Positions 53,832 through 60,144 of a stretch of DNA of 60,144 nucleotides are shown here, piece after piece (the stretch's first letter is position 1; every line of letters begins with the position of its first letter). Source of the DNA: Candidatus Methylomirabilota bacterium (lineage in GTDB: Bacteria > Methylomirabilota > Methylomirabilia > Rokubacteriales > CSP1-6); the NCBI GenBank assembly GCA_036002345.1, contig DASYTM010000034.1:1-60144 (forward strand), in the 5' to 3' direction. A program made the translations under genes and the position numbers. The notes under the pieces are model-generated. The model was given only the letters and a program-made list of their open reading frames with translations, ran no database searches and had not been told where the DNA came from.

Positions 53832-54829
53832 CTCTTCCGGCAGAGCACCTTCGCGGCCTCGGCCACCGACTGCTCGGAGGGCACGGTCAGGTCCTCGAGC
53901 ACCGGCGAGAACGGCACGGGCACGTCCATGGCGCCGATGCGCTTGACCGGCGCGTCGAGGTGGTAGAAGGCGCCGTCGGCGATGACCGACGCGATCTCCG
54001 CCGTGACGCCGTAACGCTCGTACCCCTCGTCCACGACGATGGCGCGCGACGTCTTCTTCGCCGAGTCGATCAGCGTCTGCTTGTCGAGCGGCCACGTGGT
54101 GCGCGGGTCGATGACCTCGGCGCTGATGCCCGCCTCGTCGAGCAGCTTGGCCGCGCCGAGGGCCACCGTCACCATGCTGCTGGTGGCCACGATGGTCACG
54201 TCGCGACCCTGGCGCTTGATCTCCGCGACGCCGAACGGAATCGTGTAGTCGTCCGCCGGCACCGGGCCCTTCACGCGGTACATCATCTTGTCCTCGAAGA
54301 TCACCACGGGGCTGTCGTCGCGGATCGCCGTCTTCATGAGGCCCTTGGCCTCGTAGGGGCCGGACGGCAGCGCGACCTTGAGCCCGGGGACGTGGCTGAC
54401 CCACGCGTGGAGCGACTGCGAGTGCTGCGCCGCGGAGCGGCGGGTCGCGCCGAGCGTGGTGCGGAAGACGATCGGCACCTTGATCTTGCCGCCCGACATG
54501 TAGTGGACCTTGGCGGCCTGGTTGACCATCTGGTCCATGGTGAGCGTGATGAAGTCGCCGAACATGATGTCCACGATGGGCCGCATGCCCGTCATGGCCG
54601 CCCCCACGCCGATGCCCGCGTAGCCCGGCTCGGAGATCGGCGTGTCGATGACGCGGTCCGTGCCGAACTCCTGCACCAGCCCCACCAGCGTCTTGAAGGG
54701 ATGGCCGGCCTCCGCGACGTCCTCGCCGATGAGGAACACGCGCGGATCGCGCCGCATCTCCTCCGCGATCGCTTCCTTGACCGCCTCGCCGTACGTCAGC
54801 TCGCGCACCGCCGCTTCCGTCGTCGCCAT
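53828..54829 (-). CDS. 2-oxoacid (pyruvate/acetoin/branched-chain) dehydrogenase E1 beta subunit
   Basis: 333 aa. Reads LTYGEAVKEAIAEEMRRDPRVFLIGEDV...DTPISEPGYAGIGVGAAMTGMRP...QHSQS. GGAGGAGAGG SD. Confidence 0.9.
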   Translation of the reverse strand: MATTEAAVRELTYGEAVKEAIAEEMRRDPRVFLIGEDVAEAGHPFKTLVGLVQEFGTDRVIDTPISEPGYAGIGVGAAMTGMRPIVDIMFGDFITLTMDQMVNQAAKVHYMSGGKIKVPIVFRTTLGATRRSAAQHSQSLHAWVSHVPGLKVALPSGPYEAKGLMKTAIRDDSPVVIFEDKMMYRVKGPVPADDYTIPFGVAEIKRQGRDVTIVATSSMVTVALGAAKLLDEAGISAEVIDPRTTWPLDKQTLIDSAKKTSRAIVVDEGYERYGVTAEIASVIADGAFYHLDAPVKRIGAMDVPVPFSPVLEDLTVPSEQSVAEAAKVLCRKS

Positions 54830-54897
54830 CCTCTCCTCCAGGGCCCCGAGGCTGCGTCAGACAGGGTTGAGAGTCAAGACCGGGTCATGCGCGAGCC

Positions 54898-54903
54898 TAT
54901 AAT
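54898..54903 (+). promoter_or_regulatory. Consensus -10 TATAAT upstream of the Uma2 gene
   Basis: TATAAT lies 51 nt upstream of ATG 54955, which has its own GGAGG. Confidence 0.3.
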
Positions 54904-54954
54904 GACGGCTGTATCCGATTGTCGGCATTGACGGTTACCCGGAGGTACGGCGGA

Positions 54955-55539
54955 ATGGCGGACGGCGAGGACAGCATGGCGGTCATGGTCAGGCGGCGGC
55001 GTTTCACGCTCGACGAGTATCACCGCATGGGCGAGACCGGCATTCTCGGGCCCGAGGACCGCGTCGAGCTCATCGAAGGTGAGATCATCGAGATGTCGCC
55101 GATCGGGAGTCGCCACGCCGGCACCGTGGCGAGGATCCAGCATCTGTTTTCGACGCGCCTTGGCGACCGTGCCGTCGTCTGGGTCCAGAATCCCCTGCTG
55201 CTCGTTCAGCACCAATCGGAGCCGGAGCCCGACATCATACTGCTCGAAGGTCGCGCCGATTTCTACGTGTCGGGCCTGCCCGAGCCCCCCGACGTGCGAT
55301 TGCTGATCGAAGTGGCGGAGAGCTCGCTGCCGTACGACCGGCGGACGAAGCTGCCGCTCTACGCGCGCGCCGGTGTGGCCGAGGCCTGGCTGGTCGATCT
55401 CGACGCCGGTCGCCTCGAGATCCATCGCGCGGCGACGGGCGGCGCATACCGCGACGTCCGCATCCCGCGCGCCGGCGAGACGTTCTCGCCGGGCGCCTTC
55501 GCCGACCTCGTTCTGACGCTCCGCGACCTGCTCGGCTGA
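54955..55539 (+). CDS. Uma2 family (DUF820) endonuclease
   Basis: ATG at 54955 with GGAGG 9 nt upstream. Reads FTLDEYHRMGETGIL...RVELIEGEIIEMSPIGSRH...PDIILL...LLIEVAESSLPYDRRTKLPLYARAGVAEAWLVDL. Confidence 0.8.
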   Translation: MADGEDSMAVMVRRRRFTLDEYHRMGETGILGPEDRVELIEGEIIEMSPIGSRHAGTVARIQHLFSTRLGDRAVVWVQNPLLLVQHQSEPEPDIILLEGRADFYVSGLPEPPDVRLLIEVAESSLPYDRRTKLPLYARAGVAEAWLVDLDAGRLEIHRAATGGAYRDVRIPRAGETFSPGAFADLVLTLRDLLG

Positions 55540-55543
55540 GGCC

Positions 55544-56401
55544 TCAGGTCAGGCGCGTGCCGAGCGTGCGGCCGGTCTCGGCCGCGAAGCTCGCCAGCGC
55601 CGCCGCGTTCATGTCGGGCTTCGGTCGCAGGATCAGCCGGTCCACGCCCGCCGCCGCGTACGCGTCGATCGCCGCCTTGTCGGGCACGTCGAAGCCCGGC
55701 GGCGTGATGCTGATCTCCAGCCGGCCGAGCGCCTTGGGCCGCGGGTTGGCGTTCTCCGCCTCGCGCAGCGCGCTCACGGACTTCTGCGTCTCCGCGAGAT
55801 CGAGGCCGAAGCCGTACCAGCCATGGCCCTGGGTCACGGCGCGTCGGTACGCGGGCGGCGTGCGCCCGCCCACCACGATCGGAATCGGATTCTGCACCGG
55901 CCGCGGCATGGCCTGCACTCCCTCGAAGGCCACGTACGGTCCTTTATACGAGGGCTTGGGCTGCGTCCACACCGCGCGCATGGCCGCGAGGTAGTCGTCG
56001 GCGACGCGGCCGCGCTCGGCGAACGGCGCGCCGACGGAGCGCATCTCCGGCTCGCACCAGCCCACCCCGATGCCGAAGATCACGCGCCCGTTCGACAACA
56101 CGTCCAGCGACGCGAGCTGCTTGGCGATCACGAGGGCCTGCCGCTGGGGCAGGATCACCACGCCGGTGGCGAGCTTCATGCGCGAGGTGTGCGCGGCGAA
56201 GAACGTGAGCGAGATGAGCGGGTCGAGCAGCCGCATGTCGGGCGCCATCGGGCGGCCGGCCACGGGCGGATCGGGCAGCACCACGTGGTCGGCGACCCAG
56301 AGCGACTCGAAGCCCGCGTCCTCGGCGGCGCGGCCGAGGCGCGCGGCCGCGTCGGGATGCGCGCACGTGTGCAGGTTGACGGAGTGCAGGCCGAACTTCA
56401 T
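55544..56401 (-). CDS. LLM class F420-dependent oxidoreductase
   Basis: 285 aa. MKFGLHS opening, then GFESLWVADHVVLP and MKLATGVVILPQRQALVIAKQLASLDVLSNGRV. Confidence 0.85.
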   Translation of the reverse strand: MKFGLHSVNLHTCAHPDAAARLGRAAEDAGFESLWVADHVVLPDPPVAGRPMAPDMRLLDPLISLTFFAAHTSRMKLATGVVILPQRQALVIAKQLASLDVLSNGRVIFGIGVGWCEPEMRSVGAPFAERGRVADDYLAAMRAVWTQPKPSYKGPYVAFEGVQAMPRPVQNPIPIVVGGRTPPAYRRAVTQGHGWYGFGLDLAETQKSVSALREAENANPRPKALGRLEISITPPGFDVPDKAAIDAYAAAGVDRLILRPKPDMNAAALASFAAETGRTLGTRLT

Positions 56402-56407
56402 GGCGTC

Positions 56408-57073
56408 TCACTCGAGCGCGACATAGACGTCTCCCCCCTCGCGCCGCAGCCGGTACATCTTCACGCCTTCTTGGGCCTCGCCGACCGGCGCGCCGGTTTT
56501 GAGGTCGAACTGCCACGTGTGCTCGAGACAGGTCAAGAGGCATCCGTCGTGCACGCCCTGCTCGAGCGGCACCGCCTCGTGCGGGCACATGGCCTGGCAC
56601 GCGACGAGATCGGCGCCGGTGTGCACGACGAGCACGCTGGTACCGTTCACGGCGAACTCCTTCATGCCGTTCGCCGGCACCTCGTCGGCGCGGCACACGC
56701 GCTTCCACTGCGGGCCGGACGCGGGCGCCGCCGCGGCGGGTTTGGCCTCGACGTCGATATTGTTCGCGCCCTTCACGCCGGGCTCGTAGCGCAGTCGCGC
56801 CACGGGCTTGCCGCCGAGGATGTGGGAGGTGAGGATCTCCTGCAGATCGGACTCCTGCACGCCCGCGTACCAGACGTTCTCCGGATAGACGACGAGCATC
56901 GGCCCGTGGCCGCACTGCGAGAAGCACCCGGCCTTGTTGATGCGGATGTCCGCGCGCCCCGCCCGCCTCGCGCCTTCTCGCAGGATCTTCACGAACTTCT
57001 CGGTGTCGCCCTGTGTCGGGCAGGTCTCACCGCTGGTGCACACGAAGACGTGAGGATCGTACTGGCCCATCAC
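56408..57073 (-). CDS. Fusion protein: thioredoxin-like [2Fe-2S] ferredoxin domain plus Rieske [2Fe-2S] ferredoxin domain
   Basis: 221 aa. The N-terminal half has VCTSGETC...GCFSQCGHGP (Trx-like Fd ligands). The C-terminal half has CPHE...CLEH (Rieske C-x-H...C-x-x-H). AAGGAG SD. Confidence 0.8.
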   Translation of the reverse strand: MMGQYDPHVFVCTSGETCPTQGDTEKFVKILREGARRAGRADIRINKAGCFSQCGHGPMLVVYPENVWYAGVQESDLQEILTSHILGGKPVARLRYEPGVKGANNIDVEAKPAAAAPASGPQWKRVCRADEVPANGMKEFAVNGTSVLVVHTGADLVACQAMCPHEAVPLEQGVHDGCLLTCLEHTWQFDLKTGAPVGEAQEGVKMYRLRREGGDVYVALE

Positions 57074-57096
57074 CGCTCCTTTGGGTTACCGCATGC

Positions 57097-58137
57097 TCAG
57101 CTGAACTTGTCGTACCGGATGTCGGCGGGCGGCAGCCGCGCCTCGCGCAACAGCAATCTCAAGCTTGCATCCACCATCGGCGGCGGTCCTGCCACGTAGG
57201 CGCGGAGGTCAGCATACCGCCCCTTCATGGCTTCGCCTGCCACGGCATGCACGAAGCCCCGCGCGAAGCCGAACCCCGGATAGGCGGCGGCCAGCGTGCC
57301 GGGTACGTCCTCGTCGGACAGCGCCACCGTCATCGCCAGCCGCGCGGGGAACTTCGCGCGGAAGGCCTCCAGCTCGTCGAGGAAGAAGCCGTCGCGCGCG
57401 GTGCGCACGCCGAAGAAGACGTGGCCGTCCCACGCCGCGAAGTGGCTCTCTCCGCACGCCAGCGCCAGGATCGACATCATGCCCGCGATCCCGCTCCCGC
57501 CCGCGATGCACAGCACGTGCTTGCGCACGTCGGGATGGAACGTCGCGTGACCCAGCGGGGCGAAGAGGCGGAGCCGGGCGCCGTCGGCGGCCTCGCCGAA
57601 GAGCCATTCGCTCACGGCGCCGCCCGGCTTCTTCTTCACGACGAACCCCAGGCGCGCCGCGCCCCGCTCGAAGTTCACCATCGAGTACGCGCGCGCCCCC
57701 GTGATGCCGGGCACCGTGATGAGCGCGAACTGGCCCGCCGCGAAGTCCAGCCGCGCGTCGAGGTCCACGTCGAAGGCGACGACGTCGTGGGTCAGCCGCT
57801 GGAGCCCGCGCACGACGCCGCCGTAGGACGCGGGCGCCGACGTATTCGGCTCGCGGGTCTTGAGCGTGCCGCCGACCTCCAGCGCGCAATCGCCGTGCGC
57901 CACGCTCTGACAGGTCAGGAAGTCGCCCTCGAGCCGGAAGTACTTCTTGCCCGGCGCGTCCGGCCACTCGCTCTCCGTGCGGCCGGTCACCAGCCGCGCC
58001 TTGCACGTCCCGCACGTGCCCGTGGCGCACTCGTAGGGCAGCTCGACGCCGCCGCGCAGGCCGGCGTGGAGGATCTTCTCCCCGGGGGCGCACTCGAAGT
58101 CGCGGGTGCCGTTCTTCGCGCTGACGACGACCTTCAT
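57097..58137 (-). CDS. Ferredoxin-NAD(P)+ reductase with N-terminal plant-type [2Fe-2S] domain (BenC/XylZ-type oxygenase reductase)
   Basis: 346 aa from the ATG at 58137. CATGTCGTC...C cluster motif, RAYSMVN flavin motif and CIAGGSGIAG NAD motif. Confidence 0.85.
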   Translation of the reverse strand: MKVVVSAKNGTRDFECAPGEKILHAGLRGGVELPYECATGTCGTCKARLVTGRTESEWPDAPGKKYFRLEGDFLTCQSVAHGDCALEVGGTLKTREPNTSAPASYGGVVRGLQRLTHDVVAFDVDLDARLDFAAGQFALITVPGITGARAYSMVNFERGAARLGFVVKKKPGGAVSEWLFGEAADGARLRLFAPLGHATFHPDVRKHVLCIAGGSGIAGMMSILALACGESHFAAWDGHVFFGVRTARDGFFLDELEAFRAKFPARLAMTVALSDEDVPGTLAAAYPGFGFARGFVHAVAGEAMKGRYADLRAYVAGPPPMVDASLRLLLREARLPPADIRYDKFS

Positions 58138-58230
58138 TGGCTCGGTCCGGCATATCCTATCGCAACGAGGAAGGCCGGGCCGGGGTATACTCGGCGCCAC
58201 TTCACGACCGGACCGTCGGGGTACAACTGT

Positions 58231-59175
58231 ATGCTCCGATTCTTCTTCTCCCGTGTCGGGCAAACGCTCGCCGTGCTGTTCACGGTGTCGGTGATCATCT
58301 TCGTCCTCATGCGCCTCATCCCCGGGGACCCCATCCTCCAGATCCTCGGCGACGACTTCACCAAGGAGGCCTACGAGCGGCTGCGGACGCAGCTCGGCTT
58401 CGACCGCTCCGTCGTCACCCAGTACCTCATCTGGCTCCAGGCGATCCTGCGCGGCGACTTCGGCGAGTCCTACCTGACCCACGAGAAGGTGGGCCGGCTG
58501 GTGTGGGACGCGTTCCTGCCCACGCTCTCGTTGGTGGTGGCGAGCATGATCGTCGGGATGCTGGTGGCCGTGCCCTCGGGCATCGTGGCCGCCATGCGCA
58601 AGGACAGCGCGTGGGACTGGGGCTCGATGGGCTTCGCGATCTTCGTGTACTCCATGCCGAGCTTCTGGAAGGGGATCATCCTCATCTGGATCTTCAGCGT
58701 GCACCTCCGCTGGTTCCCCGCCGTGGGTTACGTGCATCCGTGGGTGGATTTCTGGGATGGAACATGGAGGCTCGTGCTGCCGGCGATCACCCTCGGGACC
58801 TTCTTTTCCGGTCTCGTCGCCCGCATCATCCGCTCCAGCCTCCTGGAGGTGCTCGACCAGGACTACATCAAGGCCGCGCGCGCCCGCGGCGTGCGCCGCG
58901 CAGCGCTCGTCTATCGCCACGCGCTGGCGAACGCGCTCATCCCCGTGGTCACGGTGATCGGGCTCCAGTTCGGCACGCTCCTCGGCGGCGCGGTGCTGAC
59001 CGAGACGGTGTTCGGCATCCCCGGGATGGGCCGGCTGACCGTCGCCGCCATCCTCAACCGCGACTATTCGATCGTGCAGGGGGCGATCCTCGTCGGCGTG
59101 TTGGCGGTCGTCATCGTGAACCTCGCCGTCGACCTCACGTACGCGTTCTTGAACCCCAGGATCCGGGTGGCGTGA
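58231..59175 (+). CDS. ABC transporter permease (peptide/nickel, DppB-like)
   Basis: 314 aa. Reads MLRFFFSRVGQTLAVLFTVSVIIFVLMRLIPGDP...DYIKAARARG. Confidence 0.9.
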   Translation: MLRFFFSRVGQTLAVLFTVSVIIFVLMRLIPGDPILQILGDDFTKEAYERLRTQLGFDRSVVTQYLIWLQAILRGDFGESYLTHEKVGRLVWDAFLPTLSLVVASMIVGMLVAVPSGIVAAMRKDSAWDWGSMGFAIFVYSMPSFWKGIILIWIFSVHLRWFPAVGYVHPWVDFWDGTWRLVLPAITLGTFFSGLVARIIRSSLLEVLDQDYIKAARARGVRRAALVYRHALANALIPVVTVIGLQFGTLLGGAVLTETVFGIPGMGRLTVAAILNRDYSIVQGAILVGVLAVVIVNLAVDLTYAFLNPRIRVA

Positions 59176-60083
59176 TGGCGCGGCCACTGGACGTCGAAGC
59201 CCTTCCCGCCCAGGCGCCCGCCGCCGGCCTCGCCGCGCCCGTCGCGGGCGGCGCGCGGCGCTGGTGGCGCCGGTTCGCGCGCAACCGCGGCGCCGTGTTC
59301 GGCCTCGCGGTGTTCCTGGCGATCGTCGTCATGGCGATCTTCGCGGGCACGCTCGCCCCCTACGATCCGCTCGCCCAGGGGGTGGGCCCGGCCAACGAGG
59401 CGCCGACCCGGGCACACTGGGCGGGCACGGACAGTTTCGGGCGCGACATGCTCAGCCGGATCATCTACGGCTCGCGCATCGCGCTGGCGGTGGGCATCGT
59501 CTCGGTCCTGCTCGCGATGGCCATCGGCGTCACGCTCGGCCTGGTGGCGGGTTACTACGGGGGCTGGCCGGACGTCCTGATCATGCGGGTGATGGACGGG
59601 CTCTTCGCGTTCCCGATCATCATCCTGGCCATCGCCATGATGGCGGTCATGGGCTTCGGCGTGAAGAACGTCATCATCGCCGTCGCCGTCGGCTTCATCG
59701 CGCCCTTCGCGCGCGTCACGCGCGCCGACGTGCTGGCCGTGAAGGAGGAGCCCTACGTCGAGGCCGCGCGGCTGGCCGGGGTGTCCGGGCCGGCCATCAT
59801 CGCGCGCCACGTGCTGCCGAACGTGCTCGCGCCCATCATCGTGCAGGCCGCCCTCCGCGTTTCCGGTGCCATCATCACGGAGGCCGGCCTCTCGTTCCTC
59901 GGTCTCGGCCCGTCGCCCCCCACCCCGGTGTGGGGGTCGATGATCGCCGAGGGCCGCAACTTCATCGTCATGGCTCCGCACATCTCGACGATCCCGGGCA
60001 TCGCGCTCATGGTGACCATCGTGGGCCTGAACCTCCTGGGCGACGGCCTGCGCGACACGCTGGACCCGCGGCTGAGACGCTGA
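59175..60083 (+). CDS. ABC transporter permease (peptide/nickel, DppC-like)
   Basis: 302 aa. TGATG overlap with the previous gene. Reads HWAGTDSFGRDMLSRIIYGSR...PYVEAARLAG. Confidence 0.9.
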   Translation: MARPLDVEALPAQAPAAGLAAPVAGGARRWWRRFARNRGAVFGLAVFLAIVVMAIFAGTLAPYDPLAQGVGPANEAPTRAHWAGTDSFGRDMLSRIIYGSRIALAVGIVSVLLAMAIGVTLGLVAGYYGGWPDVLIMRVMDGLFAFPIIILAIAMMAVMGFGVKNVIIAVAVGFIAPFARVTRADVLAVKEEPYVEAARLAGVSGPAIIARHVLPNVLAPIIVQAALRVSGAIITEAGLSFLGLGPSPPTPVWGSMIAEGRNFIVMAPHISTIPGIALMVTIVGLNLLGDGLRDTLDPRLRR

Positions 60084-60144
60084 TGAGGCGCGTGACCGAG
60101 GAGCGTCCCGGGTTCCCCGGGGCGCTCAGAGCGCTGGGGGGCGT

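Noticed and set aside
60083-60144. Partial ORF after the second Dpp permease (MRRVTEERPGFPGALRALGG)
   Set aside because: Only 20 codons are visible, and they do not resemble the expected ABC ATPase N-terminus. This is too little sequence to call.

Overview
About 70% GC and very gene-dense, with about 65 CDS, many joined by 1-7 nt start/stop overlaps. I found no rRNA, tRNA, CRISPR array or recognisable IS or phage gene. The content is a soil-bacterium-style accessory catabolic region. It holds 4 luciferase-like (LLM) oxidoreductases, 3 amidohydrolase_2 proteins, a Baeyer-Villiger monooxygenase and two 2OG/Fe(II) oxygenases. It also holds a two-subunit Rieske dioxygenase, a phthalate-family Rieske oxygenase, a ferredoxin and a reductase, and a UbiD-family decarboxylase. 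Other enzymes are an orphan molybdopterin hydroxylase subunit, a TPP enzyme, an amidase, and fragments of a 2-oxoacid dehydrogenase (E1 beta and E2 only). Three ABC importers, 2 MFS and 2 DMT transporters are present. The only regulator is an ECF sigma factor. The taxon cannot be fixed from sequence alone. Main second-look items: (1) An AhpD/carboxymuconolactone-decarboxylase gene has an in-frame TGA exactly at the second Cys of its CxxC motif, followed by a SECIS-like hairpin. This is a probable selenoprotein that ORF callers truncate. (2) An unrecognised roughly 205-aa six-TM protein family occurs three times. Two copies bracket the UbiD gene, each is translationally coupled to the enzyme upstream, and each is followed by a conserved TTGCnC-N17-TATnGT promoter block. 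(3) A second in-frame TGA in a secreted protein is followed by 50 strongly coding-like, Lys-rich codons. It sits in a three-gene exported module headed by a papain-fold Cys-peptidase lipoprotein. (4) An ECF sigma factor is coupled to a soluble VOC-fold partner. (5) TAnnnT hexamers recur 7-9 nt upstream of start codons, which suggests leaderless mRNAs. All functional calls come from reading motifs by eye; no database search was run.
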